Source: an uncultured Actinomycetes bacterium (GTDB taxonomy: Bacteria > Actinomycetota > Actinomycetes > Streptosporangiales > Streptosporangiaceae). From it: a DNA stretch of 64,000 nucleotides. Made by a program: the position numbers and the translations under genes. The stretch spans positions 3,886 to 67,885 of the forward strand of contig CAWDXD010000050.1 of NCBI GenBank assembly GCA_963806145.1, in the 5' to 3' direction. The number at the start of each line of letters is the position of its first letter. Positions within the stretch are counted from its first letter, which is position 1. Of this stretch, positions 17,052-25,545 are shown one piece after another. A model generated the notes under the pieces. The model saw nothing but the letters and a program-made list of their open reading frames with translations. It was not told the DNA's origin and searched no databases.

Positions 17052-19777
17052 TTATTTGGACAGGACGATGAACCCATCGACGTCGATCCGCGGGTGGCCG
17101 GCCGTGCCGAGCACGTTGACCACCAGCTTGTGCGACCCGTGGGCCGCCGCCGTGACCACGTCCACGACCTCCGCCGCATGCGCCGAAGTCGTGTTGCGTG
17201 TTGATGGTCGCCGCGGTGCCGGAGTCCAGCTTGACCGTGGCCGAGCCCCGGGTCGGGCCCTGGGTCGACATCCACGCCACCTGGAACCCGGTGAAGGTCA
17301 GCGTCGCCGTCTTCCCCTTCACCGTGGCGAAGTCCACCGACCCGCCGTTGGCGCCGGAGAGCGTCTGCCGGGTCCAGCCGGGGGTCGTGTACTTGACCGC
17401 GCTGGCGTTCTCCTGGAGCAGCGACAGCTTGTAGACCACGCCCTGCTTGGCCGCGCTGGTGTTGCCGGCGTTGTCGGTCGCGGTGGCCTCGAACTGGTAG
17501 GTGTGCCCGGGCCCGAGGTTCTTGTTGAACGTCGGCGCCGTGGTGGTGGCGGCCAGGGTGTACGCGCCGCCGTCTTTGCTCTCATACAGCGAGTAATGGT
17601 TGATCCCGCTGGTCGCATCCGACCCGCTCCACGAAATCGTCACCGGATCGGCCTTGGTCACCGGGCCCGCGTTGTTCCGCAGATTGACCGTCGGGGCCGT
17701 CCCAATGGTCGGCGGTGTCTTGTCGATCCGGACCGTGGTGGCCTGGAACGAGTTGGAGTTGTACCAGTTGTCGGTCGCTTGGTAGAAGACGGTCGTTGTC
17801 CCCTCCGCGGCGATGACCGGCGCCACCGTCGCGCCACCGGTCGTGGTACCGAACGCTCCCGCACCGCTGGCCGAGTACGTCTGGAAGTAGACACCGCTGC
17901 CAGCGTCGGTGGCGTGGATTGTCACCGTGACGTTGGAGTTGTTCCAGCCGTTGGAGTTCGGCGCTGGTGACAGCGACGCCGAGCTGGCGGGCGGGGTCGT
18001 GTCACCGGTTTCACGGGTGAGCTGGACTTGCATGCCGTAGGTGTTGGCGTTGGTGGCGAACTGGCCCATGGCCCAGATGCCGGTGCTGTCGGGATCGGGG
18101 GCCGCCCCCGAATAGTCGCCCCAGCGGTTGCGGCCCTCGGTCGTCGAGCCGCTGGTAGTTCCCCGCACCCGCGGCGACGAAGTGCGCCGGGCCGTCGGTA
18201 CAGACGGTGCAGACGCCCTGATTCGGTATCCCGATGACCCACGCGGAGGCGAACAGGTTGTTGGCCGTGGAGGGACTGACCTCGTCGGTGACCATCGACA
18301 TGTCGCCGTTGGGACGGACGCCAACCTCGGGATACATCGAGTAGTACGACCCGAAGTTGAGTAGCCAGTTCTGGGTCACCGAGTTGTTGGTGTCGTCGAT
18401 TTGCACGAAATCGGGTTTGGCGAAGCCCGAGTCCGACGTATCCAGCCACGTGTAAAGGTAGGGGAACTGCCAGATGGCCCCCATCAACCGGGCGTCTCGC
18501 CAGTGTCGAGGCACTGGAAGGAACTGTTGGGCTGCACCGCGCATGGCGGCGGGCTGTAGCTCCCCACCCCGATGTCGCTCTCGCTCAATGTCGGCGCCGA
18601 GCCACAGCAGACGGTCTCGTTGGTGACGCGGTACTGGCGGATGGTGTGATCGGCCGACCCGTTCCCGGCTACTGGCCAGGAACTCACCGTTGCCCGTCGC
18701 CGAGTTGCGCATCACCGTGGGCTGGATGCTCCAACCGGAAAGGCTCCCAAACTCCCACCAGTTGCAGCAACCGCCTCCGGTGAACTCCGACTCCGGCATG
18801 ACCCGGATCATCGGCGTTGCCGTACCGCCCGCGTTGGGCAGCGAGAACATGTTGCAGGTCAGGTACACGAAGCCACCGGAGGACAGGCCGATCTGCGGAT
18901 AGTCGCACCAGTCGTGCGGGAAGTTGTTCTGCACCGGCATCCAGAAGATCGACCAGCCGTGCAGCGCGTCACTGTCGTTGCTCACCGCCACGAAAATTTC
19001 CGAGCTGGTGGTGTTGTTCGTCGCCGCGGCGGCGACCCAGAAGCGCTGCGACGTCGGGTCGAACTGCACATGCGGATCGAACGCCGTGCTGGCGTCGGGC
19101 AGCCCGGTAAAAAAGGCTGCGAGCGTCTGGCTGCTCAGAACGGTTCCGCCCTTGCCGAAGACGTTGAACGCCCCGTTGATCGCCACGATCACCTGGTGCG
19201 GGCCCGTGGCCAGTCCACCATCGGGCGGAATCCAGCCCGTATACCCCGAACCGTTAAAGTTCGTGCCGGTAACGATGTCGCCTGGGATGGCGCTGCCCCG
19301 GGCACCCGCCGGCGGCCGCACATTGAGCGACCTCGGCGGAGCTACCCCCGCAGTGTGGTTAGTGCCGGCTCCCGGCGCGGCGTGCTGCGCACACCGCGCG
19401 ACGAACCGGACGGAACGACCAGCTTGTTCGTGCGAGGCAGAAAGACGGTGCAACGCATCCGCCAAGCTCCGCCCGGGCCCGCTGCGCGCCCGAGCAACGT
19501 GCCACCCGCCAGAACCCGCGGCCGGCGGAGCGATCTTCCCGTTAGCGGATCTGATCGGCGGCAGCGATCCAGCCACCGCATTGGAGCTCGCGGCCGCGGC
19601 CGCCTTGTGCGGAGCCGGTGCCGCGCCCGCGGGCGCGGCCCCGGCCAGCACGGCAGCTGTCAGCATCGCCGCCGCAAGTATCCCAGAGGCGCCCGCCGCT
19701 ACCAGCGGCCGCGCTGCCGCCGCCGCGCAGGCAGCCAGCCGCCTCCCCACACGATTCTCATTCTGATTCCGGTGCAT
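17052..19777 (-). pseudogene. Large secreted multidomain protein (signal peptide, unknown N-terminal domain, Ig/Fn3-like repeats, C-terminal sugar-binding-like domain) with at least 4 frameshifts
   Basis: The pieces lie in ORFs 18011..19792, 18484..18687 and 17041..18324, plus an unlisted C-terminal frame. That last frame ends '...TTSAHAAEVVDVVTAAAHGSHKLVVNVLGTAGHPRIDVDGFIVLSK*' at 17052. The joins are near 18687, 18485, 18160 (a GGGG run) and 17197. The signal-like N-terminus is 'RRLAACAAAAARPLVAAGASGILAAAMLTAAVLAGAAPAGA'. Confidence 0.65.
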
Positions 19778-19960
19778 GATCTTTGCCCCCATCTCCTCAA
19801 CACGCGGTCACCGCACCTGCCACCGGCCTGCGCAAACGCTGGCAGGCAAGACAAGCAAGAGAAGCGCGCGCGTGAAAGTAAAGCAGCCCCGTTACATCCC
19901 GATTACTTCACTTTTACACCTCCATGACCTGGCTGTCTGCAACCGGATCCGGGCAGGATA

Positions 19961-19976
19961 TGTGACGTGGGTCACA
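19961..19976. promoter_or_regulatory. Perfect CRP/FNR-type palindrome TGTGA-N6-TCACA
   Basis: 'tgtgacgtgggtcaca' read directly from the sequence. It sits in a lower-GC intergenic region 184 nt upstream of the 19777 start codon. Confidence 0.45.
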
Positions 19977-20131
19977 ACTGCCCGGTCGGGCCGCTGCCCT
20001 GCCACACCGACTGTGGCCAGCGCCGACTAACAGGTAGAGAGAGACTGGATAAGGTCGGCAGATACATGTGGTGCCCGCGCTGGACCGACCGCGCCAGCGC
20101 AGCGCACCGTCGCTGTCGGCCCCGGCGCTGA

Positions 20132-21001
20132 CTAGGGCTGGGCGGCCCGGACGCCGACCGCGATGGCGCGGGCCACGACCTGGGCGGCGACCGCTTCCAC
20201 GGCGTCGAGGGGAGCCTCAACCGTGCCCGTGGCCAGGCAGAACATGGTGTCGCCGTCGTACAGCGTGTGCGCCGGGCGGACCGCACGGGCGATGCCGTCG
20301 TGCGCCACGGCGGCGACCCGGATGGCCTGCTCCTTGGTGAGCAGGGCATCGGTCACCACGGCCCCGATCGTGGTGTTGCCGCCGCCGATCATCGGCGACG
20401 AGTAATCCCAGGCGGTCAGCGGCGCGACCCACTCGTGGCGGTCGTCGTCCCAGATCCCGCCGAGGCTGTTGGCCACCATCACGGCGGCCACCACCGCGCC
20501 GCCGGCCTCGGCACTGGCCAGCCCCACGCCTCCCGGGCGCGGCTCGTTGCCGCCGGCCTTCGCGACGCTGGCCCCGGTGCCCGCCCCGACCGCGCCCTGG
20601 TCCGGGCTGGCGGTGGCCGCCTCGCAGGCCGCGTAGCCGGCCTCCGGGCCCGGCCGCGCGGCGGGATCACCGGCCAGCAGGTCGAAGATCACCGCACCGG
20701 CCACGATCGGCACCGCGACCGAGCCGAAATTCAGCCCGATGCCGCGCTCCTCCAGGTAGCGCAGGACCCCGGAGGTGGCGCTCAGGCCGAAGGTGCTGCC
20801 GCCGGTGAGCAGGATGGCGTGCGCCCGCTCGGTGACGGTGCCCGGCCGCAGCCCGTCGGTGTTGATGGTCCCCGGGGCCCCGCCCCGGACGTCCACACCG
20901 GCCACCGCGCCCCCGGGGGCGAGCAGCACCGTGCACCCGGTCCGGCCCCGCGCGTCGGTCCAGTGCCCGGCGGACACCCCGGCCGGAAGCTGCGTGCTCA
21001 C
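20132..21001 (-). CDS. P1-family peptidase (DmpA / S58 aminopeptidase-like)
   Basis: 'RTGCTVLL', '[11 protein letters not shown]' and '[12 protein letters not shown]' are typical of the DmpA/ornithine-acetyltransferase fold. Confidence 0.75.
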   Translation of the reverse strand: MSTQLPAGVSAGHWTDARGRTGCTVLLAPGGAVAGVDVRGGAPGTINTDGLRPGTVTERAHAILLTGGSTFGLSATSGVLRYLEERGIGLNFGSVAVPIVAGAVIFDLLAGDPAARPGPEAGYAACEAATASPDQGAVGAGTGASVAKAGGNEPRPGGVGLASAEAGGAVVAAVMVANSLGGIWDDDRHEWVAPLTAWDYSSPMIGGGNTTIGAVVTDALLTKEQAIRVAAVAHDGIARAVRPAHTLYDGDTMFCLATGTVEAPLDAVEAVAAQVVARAIAVGVRAAQP

Positions 21002-21034
21002 TTGTGCCCTCCAGGCGGCCGCCCGCCGCCCGGC

Positions 21035-22393
21035 TCACAGCACGGGCAGGTAGCGGTCCAGTTCGAACGCGGTGACCTGATGACGGTAATCCCGCCATTC
21101 TTCCCGCTTGTTGCGCAGAAAGAAGTCGAATACATGCTCGCCGAGCGTCTCCGCCATCAGCTCGCTGTCCTGCATGACGTTCAGCGCCTCGTCGAGGCTC
21201 TGCGGAAGCGGCGAGATGCCGAGGATGCGGCGCTCCCGGTCGGTGAGCGCCCACACGTCGTCCTCGGCCTCGGACGGCAGTTCGTAGCCGGCCTCGATCC
21301 CCTTGAGCCCGGCCGCCAGGATCGCGCCGAAGGCCAGGTAGGGGTTGCAAGCGGAGTCGAGCGACCGGAACTCGATCCGGGTGGCGTTCCCCTTCTGCGG
21401 CTTGTACATGGGTACCCGGACCAGCGCCGACCTGTTGTTGTGCCCCCAGCAGACGTAGGCGGGCGCCTCACCGCCGGCCCCGGCGGTCCGCTCCGCCGCG
21501 CCCCACAGCCGCTTGTAGGAGTTCACCCACTGGTTGCACACGGCGGTGATCTCGGCGGCGTGCCTGAGCAGGCCGGCGATGAACGCGCGGCCCACCTTGG
21601 AGAGCTGGAACTCCGCGCCCGGCTCGTAGAACGCGTTCCGGTCTCCTTCGAACAGCGACATGTGGGTGTGCATGCCCGAGCCCGGGTGCTCGGTGAACGG
21701 CTTGGGCATGAACGAGGCGTACACCCCCTCCTGGAGCGCCACCTCCTTCATCACCAGCCGGAACGACATGACGTTGTCGGCGGTGGTGAGCGCGTCCGCG
21801 TAGCGCAGGTCGATCTCTTGCTGGCCCGGCGCCCCCTCGTGATGGCTGAACTCCACCGAGATGCCCATCTGCTCCAGCATCTGGATGGACACGTGCCGGA
21901 AGTCGTGGGCGATGCTGTGCGGCGTGTGATCGAAGTAGCCGCCCGAATCGATGGGCGCCGGCCGGTCTCCCGGCTCCGGCTTCTCCTTGAGCAGGAAGAA
22001 CTCGATCTCGGGGTGGGTGTAGAAGGTGAAACCGAGATCCCCGGCCCGGCTGAGCGCGCGCTTGAGCACGTAGCGGGGGTCGGCGTGCGACGGCGTCCCG
22101 TCCGGCATCAGGATGTCGCAGAACATCCGGCCGACGCCGGACTCGCCGCGCCAGGGCAGCAGCTGGAACGTGGACGGGTCCGGCTTAGCGATCATGTCCG
22201 CCTCGTAGACCCGGGCGAACCCCTCGACCGCGGAACCGTCGAAGCCGATTCCCTCCGCGAACGCCCCCTCCAGTTCCGCGGGCGCCACCGCGACCGACTT
22301 CAGGAAACCGAGCACGTCCGTGAACCACAGCCGGACAAAACGGATGTCACGCTCCTCAAGGGTCCGGAGCACGAACTCTTCCTGCCTGTCCAT
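21035..22393 (-). CDS. glnA2: Type I glutamine synthetase, GlnA2-type
   Basis: 'MDRQEEFVLRTLEERDIRFVRLWFTDVLGFLKSVAVAPAELEGAFAEGIGFDGS' closely recalls mycobacterial GlnA2. The start is taken at the ATG at 22393, not the ORF start at 22444. Confidence 0.9.
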   Translation of the reverse strand: MDRQEEFVLRTLEERDIRFVRLWFTDVLGFLKSVAVAPAELEGAFAEGIGFDGSAVEGFARVYEADMIAKPDPSTFQLLPWRGESGVGRMFCDILMPDGTPSHADPRYVLKRALSRAGDLGFTFYTHPEIEFFLLKEKPEPGDRPAPIDSGGYFDHTPHSIAHDFRHVSIQMLEQMGISVEFSHHEGAPGQQEIDLRYADALTTADNVMSFRLVMKEVALQEGVYASFMPKPFTEHPGSGMHTHMSLFEGDRNAFYEPGAEFQLSKVGRAFIAGLLRHAAEITAVCNQWVNSYKRLWGAAERTAGAGGEAPAYVCWGHNNRSALVRVPMYKPQKGNATRIEFRSLDSACNPYLAFGAILAAGLKGIEAGYELPSEAEDDVWALTDRERRILGISPLPQSLDEALNVMQDSELMAETLGEHVFDFFLRNKREEWRDYRHQVTAFELDRYLPVL

Positions 22394-22499
22394 AGTTCTT
22401 CCTGCCTCGCTGGTCAGCAGCCCTGCCGGGCACCTGCGGATCATGGCAGCCCCCGGACCCGGGCGGATCGGCCCTCGCCCACAGTCTGCCGCCCGCCTG

Positions 22500-22515
22500 T
22501 TTCCGGCAGGTTACA
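22500..22515 (-). promoter_or_regulatory. Candidate GlnR box (GTAAC-N6-GAAAC on the glnA2 strand)
   Basis: The plus strand reads 'gtttccggcaggttac', and its reverse complement is GTAACctgccgGAAAC. It lies about 107 nt upstream of the glnA2 start. Confidence 0.35.
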
Positions 22516-22586
22516 GGCCCTGCCCCGGCCCTGGCCGGCCAGCCGCCACCTGCGGCACCACCCGGCGGCGCGCCTAAGCTGGGAGC

Positions 22587-24458
22587 GTGCCGAAGCTGAG
22601 GATCGCGCTCGCCCAGGTGGACTCGACGGTGGGCGACCTGGCGGGGAACGCGGAGACTATCGTGGCCTGGGCCCGCCGGGCCGCGGGCCGGGGAGCGGAC
22701 CTGGTCGTGTTCCCGGAGATGATGCTGACCGGGTACCCGGTGGAGGACCTCGCGCTGCGCGCGTCCTTCGTGGACGCCTCGATCGCGGCCCTGCACGGCA
22801 CCGCGGCCCGGCTGGCGGCCGAGGGGCTCGGCGGCCTCGCCGTGGTCACCGGGTACCTGGGCCGGGAGACCGGGCTGGCACCACGGGTGGGGCGGCCAGC
22901 CGGCGCGGCGCAGAACGGCGCGGCCCTGCTCTATGGCGGCCAGGTGGTGGTCACCTCGGCCAAGCACCACCTGCCCAACTACGGGGTGTTCGACGAGTAC
23001 AGGTACTTCGTGCCGGGGAACACGCTGCCGGTCTTCCGCCTCCCCTGCGGCCCGGCCGCGGACGCCGGGGCCGTGGACGTGGCGATCGCCGTCTGTGAGG
23101 ACCTCTGGCAGGACGGCGGGCCGGTGGCGGTGACCAGGCAGGCCGGCGCGGGCCTGCTGGTGGTGCCGAACGCCTCCCCGTACGAGCGGGGCAAGGACAG
23201 TGCGCGGCTGGAACTGTGCGTAAACCGGGCCGCCGAGGCCGGCGCCACGCTCGCCTATGTGAACATGATGGGCGGCCAGGACGAGCTGGTCTTCGACGGC
23301 GACTCGGTGATCGTGACCGCCGCCGGCGAACTGCTGGCCCGCGGGCCGCAGTTCAGCGAGGCGCTCGTGGTCGCCGACCTGGACCTGCCCGCCGCCGACC
23401 CCGCCGTCGCACCCGGGGACGCGCCCGCCGACGCCTGCGACGGCACCCAGATGACGATCCGGCGGGTGGTGCTGCCGCCTCCGCCCGCTTCCCCAAGCCA
23501 GCAGGGCCACGGCCCGGTGACGGAGGAACCGGGCCGGAGGCCAGCGGGGGTTCCAGGGGGTCGCCCCCCAGGGCTAACACTGTGGCCACGGCTGTCGCCG
23601 CTCGCCGAGGTCTACGCCGCCGTGGTCACCGGCGTGCGGGACTACGTCGCCAAGAACGGGTTCGGGTCGGTGATCCTCGCCCTGTCCGGCGGGATCGACT
23701 CGGCGCTGACCGCGACGATCGCGGCGGACGCCATCGGCGCCGACAGGGTGCACGTCGTGCTGATGCCCAGCCGGCACTCCTCGGAGCACTCCGTGAGTGA
23801 CGCCGAGGACCTGGTCAAGCGGCAGGGCGTGCACGCCCGCACGGTGCCGATCCAGCCCATGGTGGACGCGTTCCAGGCCGGACTGGACCTGACCGGGCTC
23901 GCGGCCGAGAACCTCCAGGCACGGGTCCGCGGCGTGATCCTCATGGGCCTGTCCAATGCCGAGGGGCATCTGGCCCTGACCACCGGCAACAAGTCCGAGC
24001 TTGCCACCGGGTACTCCACCCTGTACGGCGACTCGGCCGGCGGGTTCGGCCCCATCAAGGACGTGCCCAAGACCCTGGTGTGGGACCTGGCCCGGTGGCG
24101 GAACGCCGACGCGGCCAGCCGGGGCGAGACCGCGCCGATCCCGGAGAACTCGATCACCAAGCCGCCGAGCGCGGAACTGTCGCCGGGCCAGCTCGACTCG
24201 GACTCGCTGCCGGACTACCAGGTCCTCGACGCCATCCTGGACGACTACGTGGTCAAGGACCTGGGGGTGGCCGGCCTGGTGGCGGCCGGGCATGATCCGG
24301 CGCTGGTGGACCGCGTGGTCGCGATGGTGGACCGGGCCGAGTACAAGCGGCGCCAGTACCCGCCCGGGCCCAAGATCACCCCGCGTAACTTCGGCAGGGA
24401 CCGGCGGCTGCCGATCACGAACCGGTGGCGGGAACCCGGCCAGTCCCAGTCCCGCTGA
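22587..24458 (+). CDS. nadE: Glutamine-dependent NAD+ synthetase
   Basis: N-terminal CN-hydrolase domain ('LRIALAQV', 'VVFPEMMLTGYP', 'AIAVCEDLW'). C-terminal synthetase domain ('ILALSGGIDSAL', 'GNKSELATGYSTLYGD'). Confidence 0.9.
   Translation: MPKLRIALAQVDSTVGDLAGNAETIVAWARRAAGRGADLVVFPEMMLTGYPVEDLALRASFVDASIAALHGTAARLAAEGLGGLAVVTGYLGRETGLAPRVGRPAGAAQNGAALLYGGQVVVTSAKHHLPNYGVFDEYRYFVPGNTLPVFRLPCGPAADAGAVDVAIAVCEDLWQDGGPVAVTRQAGAGLLVVPNASPYERGKDSARLELCVNRAAEAGATLAYVNMMGGQDELVFDGDSVIVTAAGELLARGPQFSEALVVADLDLPAADPAVAPGDAPADACDGTQMTIRRVVLPPPPASPSQQGHGPVTEEPGRRPAGVPGGRPPGLTLWPRLSPLAEVYAAVVTGVRDYVAKNGFGSVILALSGGIDSALTATIAADAIGADRVHVVLMPSRHSSEHSVSDAEDLVKRQGVHARTVPIQPMVDAFQAGLDLTGLAAENLQARVRGVILMGLSNAEGHLALTTGNKSELATGYSTLYGDSAGGFGPIKDVPKTLVWDLARWRNADAASRGETAPIPENSITKPPSAELSPGQLDSDSLPDYQVLDAILDDYVVKDLGVAGLVAAGHDPALVDRVVAMVDRAEYKRRQYPPGPKITPRNFGRDRRLPITNRWREPGQSQSR
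23499..23580 (-). repeat. Copy A of the ~76-bp double-hairpin repeat, inside nadE and in frame
   Basis: The reverse complement reads 'gttagccctggggggcgaccccctggaacccccgctggcctccggcccggttcctccgtcaccgggccgtggccctgctg'. It is translated as 'QQGHGPVTEEPGRRPAGVPGGRPPGLT'. Confidence 0.8.
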
Positions 24459-25400
24459 GATCCCCCGCGCACGCAAGGACGAACTCCGACACCGCGCTGG
24501 CGTATTGCAGCGGCTCGTCGGCGTGCACGAAATGGCCGGCCGCGGCGACTTCGAGCAACCGGTGATCCGCGGAGGCGCGGCGGAATGCGTCCCGCTGCCC
24601 GGGGCTGGTCAGCGGGTCGTGACCCGCCGATGATCAGCAGCGCGGGAGCGGCCAGCCGCGGCAGCAGGCCGAGCAGCGGTTCGTAGGCGCCGTCGTCCGC
24701 GGTGATCGCCAGGTGGTGGCGCATCGAGCCCTCATCGCCCGCCGCGCCGTCCGGCCGCTCGTGGGCCGCGCGGATCTCCGCCAGGCGGGCCCGGGTGGCC
24801 GGATTGGGCACGAAGAACACCTCCCGGTCCTCGGCAAGGGCCTCCAGCGCGGCCACGTACGCCGAGCGCAGCGCGCGGGCGGAGGTCTCCCTGTCGGCCG
24901 CGGCCAGCGCCGTCAGTGCCGCGTCCTGCCTGCCCCGCTCGGTCAGCATCAGGGCGACGCGCGGCAGGGCCGCCCGCGCGCTGGCCGCCAGGTCCCATAC
25001 CGGGTTCTCGAACGCCACGGCGGAGACGGCGGCGGGGTGGGCGGCCGCGTACCGCAGCGCGAGCGAGCCGCCGAAGGACTGGCCCAGCACCGCCCACCGC
25101 TCGATGCCGAGCTCCTTCCGCACCGCCTCGCAGTCCTCGACCAGATCGGCGATGGCCAGCGGGGCGTTCTCCGGCAGCGGACGCGACTGCGGTCCACGCC
25201 GCGCTGGTCGAGGCCGATCAGCCGGACCGACGCGGCCGAGCAGAGTCGCCCTGGAGGGCCATGAAGTCGTGGCAGCCCTGCCCGGGCCCGCCGTGCAGGA
25301 ACAGCAGCGCCGGGGCGGCGGCATCGCCCCGGATGTCGGTGTAAAGCCCGTGACGGGTGAGCCGGTGACCCGCCGCGTGATCGGTGCCCATGGGGGCCAT
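24416..25400 (-). pseudogene. Alpha/beta hydrolase (proline-iminopeptidase-like) with at least 4 frameshifts
   Basis: The N-terminus 'LLFLHGGPGQGCHDF' is in ORF 25218..25400. The nucleophile elbow 'GQSFGG' is in ORF 24245..25324. 'VRLIGLDQRGVDRS' is in a third frame. The C-terminus 'HDPLTSPGQRDAF...AAAGHFVHADEP...*' is in another frame and ends at 24416. It overlaps the nadE 3' end by 43 nt. Confidence 0.65.
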
Positions 25401-25469
25401 TGTCGCCCGCGCCGGGCGGCCGCCCGGCGCCGTTCGCAGTCAGCGCAGCAGCAGCGCCGCGGCCAGCGT

Positions 25470-25545
25470 GGCCAAGGCCCCGTGACGGAGGAACGGGGCC
25501 TTGAGCCAGCGGGAGGTTCCAGGGGGGTCGCCCCCCCGGGCTAGC
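25470..25545 (-). repeat. Copy B of the ~76-bp double-hairpin repeat
   Basis: 'ggccaaggccccgtgacggaggaacggggccttgagccagcgggaggttccaggggggtcgcccccccgggctagc'. Confidence 0.85.

Noticed and set aside
20267-23098. A 943-aa plus-strand ORF spanning the peptidase, glnA2 and the start of nadE. Similar very long ORFs occur at 29072..31135, 41289..43364 and 58194..60761.
   Set aside because: All are antisense or out of frame relative to genes with strong family motifs. Their translations are dominated by R/P/G/A runs with no recognisable domains.
24245-24458. The extension of ORF 24245..25324 deep into the nadE 3' end was considered a real overlapping gene.
   Set aside because: The tail is low-complexity read-through created by a frameshift. 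The motif-bearing C-terminus ('GHFVHADEP') is in another frame and stops at 24416.
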